A stretch of DNA of 64,000 nt from a bacterium (GCA_963674695.2 CAXXGI010000003.1:1-64000); one strand, 5' to 3'. Positions 8,530-18,810 are shown, counted from the first letter of the stretch. The notes: generated by a model not told the origin, from the sequence alone. Program-made: numbers and translations.

Positions 8530-9399
8530 ATGGCCAAACCGGCAACGAAGGGTCGCAAGAAGCCGACGCGCAAGGAGCTGGAGGGCAGTGCCCGCCAGAA
8601 AGCTTTGCAAACGGCTCAAGCGGCGAAGCGGAGGGCGCCCAGTGGCACAGCCAAGTCGACCAAGCGCGAACTGGCCGAACTCAAGCGGCGTGACGAGCTC
8701 ATCGAGCAGTTCATGCCGTATGCGGCGTCGATCTCCAACCGCGTCTGTCAGAGCCTGTCCTCTGCCGTCGACTATGAGGAGGTCCTCTGTAATGCTCGGC
8801 TGGGCCTGCTGGAAGCGGCCAAACGCTTCGATACCACACAGGACGTCGACTTTCGTACCTTTGCCTACTATCGGATCAAGGGCGCCATCTACGACGGTCT
8901 GCGTCGCAGCGGATGGTTGCCGCGCACGCTCTATGCCAAGATCAAGTTCGAGGAAGCGGCCAACGACTTTCTGCAGAATCGCAACCTCAACGGGGGCATC
9001 ACCTCAGCGACCCGTTCGACGGCCTACGATCTGGACGAGAACGCTGCGGCCGAGACGGTCAACAGTCTGGCCTCGATCTATATCATCTCGATGGACGCCA
9101 CCGAGGATATGGACGTCGAGGATCCGAAGGGAACCGATGTCGAGCAGCGCACGGAGTTCTTGCAGATCCGTCGCCACATGCGCGATGCGATCAGCACGCT
9201 GCCGGAGAAGGAGAAACAGCTGATCATGATGTATTATTTTCAAAATCGAACGCTGGAGGAGGTGGGAGAGCGGCTGGGGCTATCCAAGTCCTGGACCTCT
9301 CGCCTGCACGCACGGGCGCTCACCCTCCTGTTCAAGCGCATTCGAAACCGTTCGCTCATGAAGGCGACGGATGAGGGGGAAGACGAAGGAGAGCTCTAA
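8530..9399 (+). CDS. fliA: FliA/WhiG-family (sigma28) RNA polymerase sigma factor
   Basis: GLLEAAKRFD, FRTFAYYRIKGAIYDGLRR, region 4 LPEKEKQLIMMYYFQNRTLEEVGERLGLSKSWTSRLH. Confidence 0.9.
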   Translation: MAKPATKGRKKPTRKELEGSARQKALQTAQAAKRRAPSGTAKSTKRELAELKRRDELIEQFMPYAASISNRVCQSLSSAVDYEEVLCNARLGLLEAAKRFDTTQDVDFRTFAYYRIKGAIYDGLRRSGWLPRTLYAKIKFEEAANDFLQNRNLNGGITSATRSTAYDLDENAAAETVNSLASIYIISMDATEDMDVEDPKGTDVEQRTEFLQIRRHMRDAISTLPEKEKQLIMMYYFQNRTLEEVGERLGLSKSWTSRLHARALTLLFKRIRNRSLMKATDEGEDEGEL

Positions 9400-9896
9400 T
9401 GGCTATCGAAGCGATGATCGGAAAACTCAACAGTCAGGCCCTGGGAAAGGCTGTCAACCAGGCCGATGGCTTACAAAAACCGGTGAAGCAGGGTGGTGGA
9501 TCTTTCAAAGAGATGCTCAACCGGGTGGATACGGGAACGGATTTTGCCGAACTCATGGGGATCGGAGGATCGACCGACGTCAATCCCACCGCCAAGATGC
9601 AGGCGCTCGGCGGTGAGGGCGTGAACTACATGCCGGATGAGGCGGTGACCCAGGTTGCCGATCCGGGCGCGTCCGAGAAGGTCGTCGACATGCTCGGAGA
9701 GGTCAACAAGGGGCAGATGCAGATGGATAGCCTCGTGAACCACATTCTCTATAGCGGAAAGAAATTTTCGAATCAGGAATTGCTCGTCGTCCAGGCGCAC
9801 GTCTTTCACTTTGCGCAGATGACGGAATTGACCGTGAAGGTCGCTGAACAGGGCGTCTCTTCCGTGAAGTCGGTCCTGAATACCCAAGTGCAGTAA
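9399..9896 (+). CDS. sctI: T3SS inner rod protein SctI-like
   Basis: C-terminus ELLVVQ...TELTVKVAEQGVSSVKSVLNTQ typical of YscI/HrpB2. Confidence 0.7.
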   Translation: MAIEAMIGKLNSQALGKAVNQADGLQKPVKQGGGSFKEMLNRVDTGTDFAELMGIGGSTDVNPTAKMQALGGEGVNYMPDEAVTQVADPGASEKVVDMLGEVNKGQMQMDSLVNHILYSGKKFSNQELLVVQAHVFHFAQMTELTVKVAEQGVSSVKSVLNTQVQ

Positions 9897-9935
9897 CGGC
9901 AGTGAGAAGTGAGAAGTGGGAAGCGAAGTGTCATG

Positions 9936-9976
9936 CACGAGTCACGAGTCACGAGTCACGAGTCACGAGTTACGAG
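9936..9976. repeat. Heptamer array GAGT(C/T)AC x5
   Basis: Visible tandem repeat before ATG 9988. Confidence 0.95.
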
Positions 9977-9987
9977 GGTTTTAAAAC

Positions 9988-11052
9988 ATGGAAGGTCGAA
10001 TCGATAATAGACAGCGTATCGTCGCGGCCCTCGCCGTTCTCCGTGATGGCGACGAAGCGGCGGATGTCTTGAGCTACATGGACGATCATGATCGCGCCGC
10101 GTGTGCCCAGCTCATCGAGACCTATGCGGAGGAGGCCGATTGCGAGCATCGGATGCAGCAGCTGATCATGCAGATGGTTGCCTCCGAGCGCTTCACGACG
10201 TTGGCGGAAGTTCATCCGGCCTGGATCGTCGAACACCTCAAGGAGGAGTCGCCGCGTGTGATCGGCATCATTCTCCGTTCGCTGCCCTCCAAACACGTTC
10301 GCTTCGTGCTCGAGCGCATGCCACCCATGTTGCGCGCACAGGTGCCGCACATGGTGGAGTCGTTCGCGGTCTCTCCCGAGGTGCTCGAGATCGTGCGCAG
10401 TCGATTTGAGCGGCATTTTCGGTCCATGCCCATCAACCGCAGTGCCGAGAGCCTCTCGTTCGAACAGCTCTATTATCTGCGCGGGGAGGAGCTCGAAGAG
10501 CTTATCCGCGAGATCGGTCTGGACGAGCTCTCCATCGCTATCGGAGGTCTGAGAGAGGGTTCGCTTGCAGCGGTCTACAACCGTCTTGACCTGAAGGATG
10601 CCAAACGGCTCAAACGGCATATCGAGGGGGAGGAAGCGGTATCGCCCGCCCTGTTGCGGCAGGCGCGCATGACGATTCTCGAATCGGACGGCCGTCGGGT
10701 CGGTCCGGATCGGATGCTCTTCCAGATCGGGCTGACAGCGCTGGCGTATGCGTGTGAGCTGGAACACGATGAACTCGTCGGCATGCTTCAACAGAAACTC
10801 GAGCCGAGCGCAGGATATCGATTCAAGCGCTTGGTTGACGAGCGTCGCCTGCGTCCGAATGCTGTCGTCGCTCAGGAACGGCGGGAACGGATTCTGCGAT
10901 TGGCGGCGGCATTGGCACATGCCCATCGCATCGATGCCCATTGGACCCGCTTTTCTTCCGCTGATCTTTCCCCCATCCACGATGATGATGTGTTTGCGTC
11001 CCCGAGGGTCGAGGAGGAGACGGCAAGTAGCTCTTCCCCGCAGTTGGCATAG
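9988..11052 (+). CDS. FliG-like/SctK-position sorting platform protein
   Basis: EESPRVIGIILRSLP resembles the FliG EHPQ motif; lies between the rod gene and sctL. Confidence 0.6.
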   Translation: MEGRIDNRQRIVAALAVLRDGDEAADVLSYMDDHDRAACAQLIETYAEEADCEHRMQQLIMQMVASERFTTLAEVHPAWIVEHLKEESPRVIGIILRSLPSKHVRFVLERMPPMLRAQVPHMVESFAVSPEVLEIVRSRFERHFRSMPINRSAESLSFEQLYYLRGEELEELIREIGLDELSIAIGGLREGSLAAVYNRLDLKDAKRLKRHIEGEEAVSPALLRQARMTILESDGRRVGPDRMLFQIGLTALAYACELEHDELVGMLQQKLEPSAGYRFKRLVDERRLRPNAVVAQERRERILRLAAALAHAHRIDAHWTRFSSADLSPIHDDDVFASPRVEEETASSSSPQLA

Positions 11053-11120
11053 AGGGGGACGTGTGGTACATTGATGGCTGGTGATTGAGGATTTCACGAG
11101 TCACGAGCCACGGGTATTCA

Positions 11121-11798
11121 ATGGCAAAAATCGTCAAACGACATGAGGCGGAGAAGAACACGGGCACTCCTGCGCGGCGTTCGGCTCCTCCCGCCGACGT
11201 CCAGTCCGTGAGTGCGGCGGGCGGGGTGGTGCACAAGCGCGTGGTCGATGCCCGTGCCCATGCGGAGGAAATCGTCATTCAGGCGCAGGCACGTGCGGAG
11301 GCAATTCGCGATGAAGCCGAGGCTTTGCTCGAAAAAGCAAAGGGGGAACGCCAGGAGCTGATCAAAAAGGGTTTTGCCGAGGGAGAATCCAAGGGGTTGG
11401 CTCAGGTGACCGAGAAACTCGTCGCCTTCGAGGCGCTCAAAGATCGATTCTATGCCGATGCCGAGCCGGAGGTGATCAAGCTCGTGATGTCGATCGCCGA
11501 AAAGGTGATCGGCCGCATCGTCGATGAGAGCGCCGAGATGATTCGCAGCGTGGTACGGCAGGCCCTCGAACGGGCCATCGGCGATCGCATTACGGTGCGT
11601 CTGAACCCGAGCGACTATCAGAGTATGATGGCGGGGGAACATGAGTTTCGCGATGTGCTCGATCGCACCAAGCGGCTCGTCTTTCGCGAGGACGAGACGA
11701 TCATGAAGGGGGGCTGCGTGGTCGAGACCGAGGTCGGCACGATCGATGCCCAGCTCGACCGCCAGCTGGACGCGATTCGAAAAGCCCTCATTACGTAA
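11121..11798 (+). CDS. sctL: T3SS stator SctL (FliH family)
   Basis: GFAEGESKG repeats, ITVRLNP, GGCVVETEVGTIDA. Confidence 0.9.
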   Translation: MAKIVKRHEAEKNTGTPARRSAPPADVQSVSAAGGVVHKRVVDARAHAEEIVIQAQARAEAIRDEAEALLEKAKGERQELIKKGFAEGESKGLAQVTEKLVAFEALKDRFYADAEPEVIKLVMSIAEKVIGRIVDESAEMIRSVVRQALERAIGDRITVRLNPSDYQSMMAGEHEFRDVLDRTKRLVFREDETIMKGGCVVETEVGTIDAQLDRQLDAIRKALIT

Positions 11799-11860
11799 TT
11801 CGTAACTCGCAACTCGTAACTCGTTGTTTCGAGTCACGAGTCACGAGTTACGAGTCACGA
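11795..11860. repeat. Inverted heptamer arrays (CGTAACT)n / (GAGTYAC)n
   Basis: Two complementary arms fill the sctL-sctN junction. Confidence 0.9.
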
Positions 11861-11867
11861 AAATCGA

Positions 11868-13235
11868 ATGACAGAAGAAGGAAAAAAAACAAAATCCACC
11901 GTGCCGTCCGCCGACCTCCCAACGGTCGACTTCCACAAATACCACCACAAGCTTTCATCGGTCGCCACGTATACCATCAAAGGCAAGGTGACGGAGTTGA
12001 CCGGAATCGTCGTGCGCGCGGTCGTTCCCGGCGTGCGCATCGGTGAGCTCTGTTTCATCGTCCCCTACCATGGGCGCGTTCCGATCAAGGCTGAGGTCGT
12101 CGGTTTTCGCGACCAGGAGGTGCTGCTCATGCCCCTGGGCGAGCTCGAGGGGATCGGTTTGGGCAACGACGTGATCCCCACGGGGCACACCCTCACCGTT
12201 CGCGTGGGCGAGGGCCTTCTGGGCCGCATCCTCGATGGCTTGGGCGACCCGCTCGACGAAGAGACCTGCGGGCCCCTGGAGTTTACAACGGAATATCCGG
12301 TCACCGCCAATCCCCCCAAGGCGCTCAAGCGCGAGCGGGTCACAAAGCCGCTGGCCATCGGCATCAAGTCGATCGACGGCATGTTGACCGTGGGAGAAGG
12401 GCAGCGCGTCGGAATCTTTGCCGCTGCAGGTGTCGGAAAATCGACGCTCATCGGCATGATCGCGCGCAATACCGAAGCGGAAATCAATGTGATCTGTCTG
12501 GTCGGTGAGCGCGGACGAGAGGTGCGCGACTTCATCGAGGCCGACCTGGGTGTCGAGGGGCTGGCGCGATCGGTGGTGATCGTGTCGACCTCCGATCAGC
12601 CGTCGCTCGTGCGTCTGAAGGCCGCCTATGTGGCAACCGCCATCGCGGAATATTTTCGCGATCAGGGCAAAAAGGTGATTTTAATGATGGACTCCATCAC
12701 GCGTTTTGCACGTGCGCTGCGCGAGGTGGGCTTGGCGGTCGGGGAGCCGCCGGCGCGGCAGGGCTATACGCCATCGGTCTTCTCCACGCTTCCGCGCCTG
12801 TTGGAGCGCTCGGGCAACTCGGACAAGGGATCGATCACCGCGTTCTATACGGTGCTCGTCGCGGGCGATGATATGAACGAACCGGTCGCGGATGAGACGC
12901 GATCGATCCTGGACGGGCACATCGTTCTCTCCAGGGCGCTGGCGGCGCGCAATCACTACCCCGCCATCGATATCAGCGAGAGCGTCAGCCGCGTGATGAG
13001 CAACATCATCGATCCTGATCATCGGGCCGTATCCAACAGCCTGCGCGAGGTGGTTGCCAACTATGAGAAGGAACGCGACCTGATCCTGATCGGCGCCTAC
13101 GAGGAGGGCAGCGATCCGAAGGTCGACTATGCCATCGAAAAGATCGAAGAGGTGAATACGTTTTTGCAGCAGGGGGTCGAAGAAAATTTTAGTTTCGAGG
13201 AGTCGGTCGAGCTGCTCAAAGAGGTGTTCGATTGA
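11868..13235 (+). CDS. sctN: T3SS ATPase SctN (FliI family)
   Basis: GQRVGIFAAAGVGKSTL, LVGERGREVRDF, MDSITRFARA, RSILDGHIVLSR. Confidence 0.97.
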   Translation: MTEEGKKTKSTVPSADLPTVDFHKYHHKLSSVATYTIKGKVTELTGIVVRAVVPGVRIGELCFIVPYHGRVPIKAEVVGFRDQEVLLMPLGELEGIGLGNDVIPTGHTLTVRVGEGLLGRILDGLGDPLDEETCGPLEFTTEYPVTANPPKALKRERVTKPLAIGIKSIDGMLTVGEGQRVGIFAAAGVGKSTLIGMIARNTEAEINVICLVGERGREVRDFIEADLGVEGLARSVVIVSTSDQPSLVRLKAAYVATAIAEYFRDQGKKVILMMDSITRFARALREVGLAVGEPPARQGYTPSVFSTLPRLLERSGNSDKGSITAFYTVLVAGDDMNEPVADETRSILDGHIVLSRALAARNHYPAIDISESVSRVMSNIIDPDHRAVSNSLREVVANYEKERDLILIGAYEEGSDPKVDYAIEKIEEVNTFLQQGVEENFSFEESVELLKEVFD

Positions 13236-13338
13236 TGGCGAGACAAGCCAGTCAGGCCAGAAACGATTTTGATTCATGCTGTCAACCTTTCTCGCCTGAC
13301 TGGCTTGACTCGCCTGACTCGCGTGGTGCGTAGCGCAT

Positions 13339-13854
13339 ATGGCCAAAGAAAAATACAGATTGCAGGCGTTGCTTACGCTCAAGTCCCGCATGAAGAAACG
13401 AGCGGAGATGATGCTCGCGCGTGCCATCAAGAAACTGCTGGATGCGCGCGAACGTCTGGAGGAGCTTCAGGAGGAGAAGAAGCGCATCATCGAACGTCGG
13501 CTCGGTGCCCGCAAGGAGATGAGTACTCGCATGGGAGGTGGGGCTGCTGTAGGCGAGGGCACCGTGCACGTCAATTTTTGCCGGAAGCTCGAAGAGGATG
13601 AAGAGGCCAAACAGGAGGAGATCGAAGATCAGGAGCTGGTCGTCGAAGATTGCGAGTTGGGCGTGGCCACAGCGCGTCGTGAATATATCGATGCGGCACG
13701 CGAGCATCAGGTCATGGAGAAACACAAGGAGCTGTGGGAGAAGAAAATCCGAGGGGAGCTGAACCGTCGTGAAGCGAAGGAGATGGACGAGTTGGGCGGG
13801 ACCATCCACCAGCTGCGACGTTGGCGCGGAGAGCGCTCGGCGGTTGAGGGCTAG
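13339..13854 (+). CDS. sctO: T3SS stalk SctO (FliJ-like)
   Basis: Coiled-coil, YRLQALL start, REAKEMDE end, directly after sctN. Confidence 0.8.
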   Translation: MAKEKYRLQALLTLKSRMKKRAEMMLARAIKKLLDARERLEELQEEKKRIIERRLGARKEMSTRMGGGAAVGEGTVHVNFCRKLEEDEEAKQEEIEDQELVVEDCELGVATARREYIDAAREHQVMEKHKELWEKKIRGELNRREAKEMDELGGTIHQLRRWRGERSAVEG

Positions 13855-13984
13855 CCGGTCAGGCCAGTCAGGCGAGTCAAGCCAGTCAGGCCAGTCAGGT
13901 TGACAGTATGAAACAAAATCGTTTTTTGCCTGTCTAGCCTGACTCGCGTGTCTCGCGTGTCTCGCGTGTCTCGCGTATCTCGCA
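13854..13984. repeat. Nonamer arrays (GCCAGTCAG)n and (CTCGCGTGT)n
   Basis: Visible; related units also at 13243-13325. Confidence 0.85.
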
Positions 13985-13993
13985 GGAGTTCTT

Positions 13994-14779
13994 ATGGGTG
14001 AAAAGATCACCAGAGCGGAACGGGTGCGGCAGGAGCAGAAGCAGCAAAAGCCGAAGGAACCGGTGCGGGCCAAGCCGCGCGAGACGACCTTCGAGAAGAC
14101 GATGCGGCAGAGCCAGCAGCCGCTCAAGATGCAGACCCAGATCAAATCGACCTCCAAGACGGTGACCGAAGAGGCCATCCATCAAGCGACGCGCCATGAA
14201 CGCCAGGGCGATGAAAAACGTCGGCGCAATGACGATGAGCAGGACAAGGGTCGCGAGTCGCGCGATCAGGCGCAGCAGAAGGAGGGGGGCGCCCATGGGC
14301 CGCGCGTCGTCGCCAAGGGGAAGCTCAAGCAGGGTGCCGGCGGAGGTCAGGGCGGAAAGGGCCAGGGTGGTTTTCACCAGGGCATGGGGCGTCGTCGACT
14401 GAGCAGCGCCTTGACCAAATCCGGGGCGAAGTCGCTTCCAGCCGATCTCCAAGGAAAATTTGCCGCGCGGTTTGCCCAGACGCTGAAGGGGACCGACGTC
14501 GCCTCGCAGACGGCGCTCACTCAGCAGGTTCTCAACCAACTCGTTCAGTATGTGCGCATCGGGCTCAACCGAAAGGGAGAGAAGGAGATCCAGATCGAGC
14601 TTCACGAGCGGATCTTCCGGGGCCTCAAGCTTCGGGTCATCGCTCGAGACGGGAAGGTCGCGGTCCATCTGAAGGCGACGGATGCGGCGGGACGGAAGGC
14701 GCTGCAGGAGAATACGGAGGCCATCTCCAAGGCCTTGAAACAAAAGGGGATCGAGGTTGATGAAATCCTGGTGACCTGA
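13994..14779 (+). CDS. sctP: Needle-length ruler SctP (FliK C-terminal-like)
   Basis: Low-complexity N-terminus; C-terminal EIQIEL...GLKLRV...GKVAVHL...LKQKGIEV; position between sctO and sctQ. Confidence 0.7.
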   Translation: MGEKITRAERVRQEQKQQKPKEPVRAKPRETTFEKTMRQSQQPLKMQTQIKSTSKTVTEEAIHQATRHERQGDEKRRRNDDEQDKGRESRDQAQQKEGGAHGPRVVAKGKLKQGAGGGQGGKGQGGFHQGMGRRRLSSALTKSGAKSLPADLQGKFAARFAQTLKGTDVASQTALTQQVLNQLVQYVRIGLNRKGEKEIQIELHERIFRGLKLRVIARDGKVAVHLKATDAAGRKALQENTEAISKALKQKGIEVDEILVT

Positions 14780-14823
14780 TATATTTTCGAAGCTCGTAAT
14801 CTCGGAGCTCGTGAGATCGTTCT

Positions 14824-14865
14824 GAGACGAGACCACGAGACCACGAGACCACGAGACCACGAGAC
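14824..14865. repeat. Octamer array GAGACCAC x4 plus partials
   Basis: Ends 1 nt before ATG 14867. Confidence 0.95.
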
Positions 14866-14866
14866 A

Positions 14867-15784
14867 ATGGCCATTCAACCATATCAGTTGAAGCTCCAGC
14901 AGGTCGAAGGCTCGCAACAGCGCCTGCTTCGAGCGATCTATGCCTATCTGCCCGCTACCGGTATGCAGGATCTCTTCGCGGCGGGTGTGCGCGATGCCGT
15001 GGCACGCCATGTAGGCGAATCCATCGACTTTCATCTGGAAGCGCTGCACCAGGAGTCGTTTGGAACCTGCCTGGAACGCCTCGCCGATCCCAGCCTCATC
15101 GTGGTCATCGGCCTGGCGCCGCTGGCGCAACAGGCCTTCCTCGAGATCGATCAGAGTCTGGCCCTCATGGTGATCGAGCGCATGCTCGGCGGGCCGCTCG
15201 GCCATATGACGGAAGCGCGCGAACTCAGCGAGACCGAACAGGGCGTTTTTCAGTATCTGATTCTTCAGATCCTGGCGCATCTGCATCGGGCTTGTGGCGA
15301 TGATAATCGGGTCGGGTTTCGTTTCGATCGATTCGCCTTTCACCCCCACCAGATCCAGGAGATTGCATCGCCGGACGATGGTGTCGCTGAACTCATCTTT
15401 CGCGTTCAGCTCGGACATACTTCGGGGTTTGTTCGGCTCATGTTGCCAAATCCCTTCGTCCAGGAGGCTTTCCTCAATGTGGCGGGCATCGGTGAAAACC
15501 GCGCCTCTGAACAGGCGTGGCGGCAGCGCGAGCTGAAGCGTTTTGCCTCCGTTGAATTTCCCCTCGTCGCCGAGGCGGGCCGCATGTCGGTGACCCCACA
15601 GGATGTGGCGCAGCTTGAGGAGGGGGATATCATCCTCTTCGACGAGAGCCGCATGAAGTTGGAGCAGGGGCATCCCGCGGGTCGGGTGAGGCTGACCGTT
15701 GGCGACGGTCTCCACGGTGCGATCCAGGGCGATCTCATGCATGAAGGCGACCGGCTGCGCGTGCGCATCGCCGGTGTTGAATAA
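14867..15784 (+). CDS. sctQ: C-ring protein SctQ (FliM-like with SpoA domain)
   Basis: IERMLGG...RELSETE (FliM-like) and LEEGDII SpoA motif. Confidence 0.8.
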   Translation: MAIQPYQLKLQQVEGSQQRLLRAIYAYLPATGMQDLFAAGVRDAVARHVGESIDFHLEALHQESFGTCLERLADPSLIVVIGLAPLAQQAFLEIDQSLALMVIERMLGGPLGHMTEARELSETEQGVFQYLILQILAHLHRACGDDNRVGFRFDRFAFHPHQIQEIASPDDGVAELIFRVQLGHTSGFVRLMLPNPFVQEAFLNVAGIGENRASEQAWRQRELKRFASVEFPLVAEAGRMSVTPQDVAQLEEGDIILFDESRMKLEQGHPAGRVRLTVGDGLHGAIQGDLMHEGDRLRVRIAGVE

Positions 15785-15796
15785 AGGAGCAGTGCT

Positions 15797-16333
15797 ATGC
15801 CGAAATCAAAGAAGGAACATGACGATCTTCTTCCGGGCGATGACCTAGATGCCTTCGACGAGTTCGAGCGCGATGCGGGTCAGGAAGGAATCGAAGAGAA
15901 TGAACCGGCAGATGCCGAGGACGACGATTTTGATTTTGCGGAGTTTGAGGAGGAGGCGGCGCCATCGAATGAGCCGCTCGATCCCGTAGGGGCCTCGGAT
16001 GAGCCGGGGGCGATTCCCAAGACGCGACGCAGCGGCGTTCCGTCAGAGCCGCCGCCGTCGGATCCGTCAGGGAGAGCTGATGAGGCCGATACCGCTGCCG
16101 CTGCCTTTTCCGATCTGGCGCCGGATGTTCCGATCAACCTCGTGGCTGTCATCGGGCGGACGCGATCGAACGTGGGAGAGCTGATCGAGTACCGCCCCGG
16201 TCAGGTGATCGATCTGGGACGAACGCCCGGGGAGACGGTCGATCTGGTGGCCAACGGGCGGCTCATCGCGCGAGGCGAACTCGTCGAGATGGACGGCAAG
16301 CTCGGCGTGCGTATTCTGAAGTTTGTAAAATAG
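15797..16333 (+). CDS. FliN/SctQ-C-like SpoA protein with acidic N-terminus
   Basis: DVPINL...GQVIDL...VDLVANGRLIARGELVEMDGKLGVRI. Confidence 0.85.
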   Translation: MPKSKKEHDDLLPGDDLDAFDEFERDAGQEGIEENEPADAEDDDFDFAEFEEEAAPSNEPLDPVGASDEPGAIPKTRRSGVPSEPPPSDPSGRADEADTAAAAFSDLAPDVPINLVAVIGRTRSNVGELIEYRPGQVIDLGRTPGETVDLVANGRLIARGELVEMDGKLGVRILKFVK

Positions 16334-16364
16334 CGTAATGAGGTTGATGACAAACCCGGCTATT

Positions 16365-16459
16365 GTCATCCCCGCGAAAGCGGGGATCTCGATGGGCATT
16401 ACAGGCGAGACTCCCGCCGGAGCCTGCCCTCGAATGATTGAATCGGGGGCGGGAGTGAC
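16365..16459. repeat. REP-like element
   Basis: GTCATCCCCGCGAAAGCGGGGATC...GCGGGAGTGAC. Confidence 0.85.
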
Positions 16460-16557
16460 AAACTTCTCTTTCATGGGGATAACAGCGCAAGAGGGCTTTG
16501 TCAGCGGTCTGGTAATAGCGTGATAGCTGTATTTGAGACGAGAGAGGACGGCAGAGG

Positions 16558-16893
16558 ATGGTATTGCTGTTGGCGCAGGTTAACACGGTTCCCCCCACCG
16601 GCGAGGGTGCGATCGATTTCACCTGGCTCTTTCTGAAGATGCTGCTCATCCTGGGCATCGTCTGTGTGGGTGCGGTCTTGATCCTGAAATATGGTGTTCC
16701 TCGGACGCGCATCATGCAGCGATTTCAGCAGGGGGGATACTTTCAGGTGCTGGGGCGGCATGTCCTGGAGCACGGCCGCAGCCTCTATCTGGTCCATGTG
16801 GGAAAGAGATATTTGGTGATCGGGGTGGCCGATCATGGTATAAATCTCGTGACGGAATTGACAAAGGAAGAGGTGGAAAGCGGTGGGCCGTAA
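16558..16893 (+). CDS. fliO: FliO-like protein
   Basis: Single TM helix, then SLYLVHVGKRYLVIGVADHGINLVTEL; directly before sctR. Confidence 0.8.
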   Translation: MVLLLAQVNTVPPTGEGAIDFTWLFLKMLLILGIVCVGAVLILKYGVPRTRIMQRFQQGGYFQVLGRHVLEHGRSLYLVHVGKRYLVIGVADHGINLVTELTKEEVESGGP

Positions 16894-16912
16894 GTGGAGT
16901 ACAAGTGACAGG

Positions 16913-16990
16913 GTCACCTCCCGGGGAAATCAGGTGCATCTTCACAGGTGAAGCTTGTTCCAGACGCACCTGATTTCCCCTCGCGGTGAC
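16913..16990 (+). repeat. 77-78 bp hairpin repeat, copy b
   Basis: GTCACCTCCCGGGGAAA...TTTCCCCTCGCGGTGAC. Confidence 0.85.
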
Positions 16991-17035
16991 AAGAACCTCG
17001 ATTTCACGAGTCACGAGTCACGAGTCACGGATCTT

Positions 17036-17797
17036 ATGAACAAAAAGAAATTGATCATCGGTGGTGTGGGTGCGGCGGCATGCTTGGGCGTGAGTAGCGT
17101 TGCCTGGGCGCAAGCGGGCAGCGTCGGTGTTTCCAAACCGTTGGTGCTCTTGCTCGTACTCGCCTCACTCGCCATGGTTCCCTTCATCGTGATGATGGTG
17201 ACCTCGTTTGTGAAGGTTGCGGTCGTGTTGGCCCTCATCCGTAATGCGATCGGCACGCAGCAGGTTCCCCCAAATGTCGTCATCACCGGTTTGGCCATGA
17301 TCTTGACCATCTACATCATGGTTCCGGTGGCCTACGACGTCTATCGCGCGGCGGGGGCGACGATCAACCAGGGCACGAACCAGCCCCTGCTTTCGCAGGC
17401 GTCGATCAAGCTCCTGACCCAGGCGGTCGACGAGGGCAAGGAGCCCATCCGCAATTTTTTACTCAAGCACGTTCATGCCAAGGAACGCTCGCTCTTCTAC
17501 AACCTCTCGCTCAAGCTGCGTGTCAACGAAGCTGATCGCGAGGATATATCGGATAAGGACTTGATCAACCTCATCCCGGCGTTCGTCATCAGTGAACTCT
17601 CCGAGGCTTTTCAGATCGGGTTCATTATCTTTCTCCCGTTTCTGGTGATCGATCTGGTGATCGCCAATATCTTGCTATCGCTCGGTATGTTTCAGATCTC
17701 GCCGATCACGATATCGCTGCCGTTCAAGCTCCTGCTCTTTGTGCTCGTAAGCGGCTGGCACATGATCGCGAAGGGACTGATTTTGGGATACGTTTAG
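17036..17797 (+). CDS. sctR: Export apparatus SctR (FliP family)
   Basis: TSFVKV, RNAIGTQQVPPN, PAFVISEL, FLPFLVIDL, ISLPFKLLLFV. Confidence 0.95.
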   Translation: MNKKKLIIGGVGAAACLGVSSVAWAQAGSVGVSKPLVLLLVLASLAMVPFIVMMVTSFVKVAVVLALIRNAIGTQQVPPNVVITGLAMILTIYIMVPVAYDVYRAAGATINQGTNQPLLSQASIKLLTQAVDEGKEPIRNFLLKHVHAKERSLFYNLSLKLRVNEADREDISDKDLINLIPAFVISELSEAFQIGFIIFLPFLVIDLVIANILLSLGMFQISPITISLPFKLLLFVLVSGWHMIAKGLILGYV

Positions 17798-17799
17798 AG

Positions 17800-17946
17800 A
17801 CGGTGAACGGTGAACGGTGAACGGTGAACGGTGAACGGTGAACGGTGAACGGTGAACGGTGAACGGTGAACGGTGAACGGTGAACGGTGAACGGTGAACG
17901 GTGAACGGTGAACGGTGAACGGTGAACGGTGAACGGTGAACGGTGA
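17800..17946. repeat. Perfect heptamer array (ACGGTGA) x21
   Basis: 147 bp of perfect repeat, followed by short inverted TTCACCGT units. Confidence 0.98.
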
Positions 17947-18003
17947 AGTGTAACACGATTTTGCTTACGGTTCACCGTTTACGGTTCACCGTTTACGAAT
18001 CTT

Positions 18004-18270
18004 ATGCCTGAATATTTTATCGCGTTGGCCAAGCAGGCGCTCTTTCTTGTGCTGATTCTCACCGCACCCCCGGTGATGACGGCGTTGATCGTGGGACTCT
18101 CCATCAGCATCGTGCAGGCGACCACCCAGATCCAGGAGCAGACGCTCACCTTCGTGCCGAAGCTCTTTGCCATCGTCGCGGTCTTGGCCATCGGCGGCCC
18201 CTGGATGCTCGCCCAACTCATCGGATTCGCATCGTCGATCTACGGTTCCATTCCAACCTATGTACGCTGA
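18004..18270 (+). CDS. sctS: Export apparatus SctS (FliQ family)
   Basis: VGLSISIVQATTQIQEQTLTFVPK. Confidence 0.95.
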   Translation: MPEYFIALAKQALFLVLILTAPPVMTALIVGLSISIVQATTQIQEQTLTFVPKLFAIVAVLAIGGPWMLAQLIGFASSIYGSIPTYVR

Positions 18271-18474
18271 TCGCGAGTCGAAGGGTGTCATTCCCGCGGG
18301 AGTAAGCGGGAATCCCGATTGATCTCAGGGTATAAAGTGTTGTGCTCACTATTTGATCTGACAACAACGATAGAGCGTTATCACCCTACCTGACATCTAG
18401 AACCGAAACGGAGAGCCGGAAACCGATTGGGAGAGACTGAATCCGATTTCCGACCTCTCGATAACGGAACCGGA

Positions 18475-18810
18475 TCAGGAGAGTCTCCTGATCCGGTTGT
18501 ATGCTGCTCGCAGAATCGCTTTGTTCTCCTCCTGTACTCTTGCCGGAATCAAGGAGAATGCGGCGGCCAGATTTAGGCCCGCTGCTACCTCCGCGATGGA
18601 TCCCATCGAGATCTGAAAGAAGCGCTTTCGTTCACGCGGTTGCCCCCGCTTGCCGTTGCCCTCCGCCAAGTTGAGCACAGCAGACGATATGGCCCTTCTG
18701 AGCTGATCGACCAGATAGCCCGAGCCTCTCGGCCATCCTTTCATGAGCCCCCCGAGCTCCTTCGAAACCATAATGAGTTCCCGGTAACAGTCCAGTTTTT
18801 CATGATTCAT
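18475..18810 (-). CDS. Four helix bundle protein, type B
   Basis: Differs from 7137-7472 at only 2 aa. Confidence 0.9.
   Translation of the reverse strand: MNHEKLDCYRELIMVSKELGGLMKGWPRGSGYLVDQLRRAISSAVLNLAEGNGKRGQPRERKRFFQISMGSIAEVAAGLNLAAAFSLIPARVQEENKAILRAAYNRIRRLS

Noticed and set aside
17800-17946. CRISPR array or FTVHRSP-repeat protein
   Set aside because: No spacers and no cas genes; the ORFs are translations of a heptamer repeat on the antisense strand.
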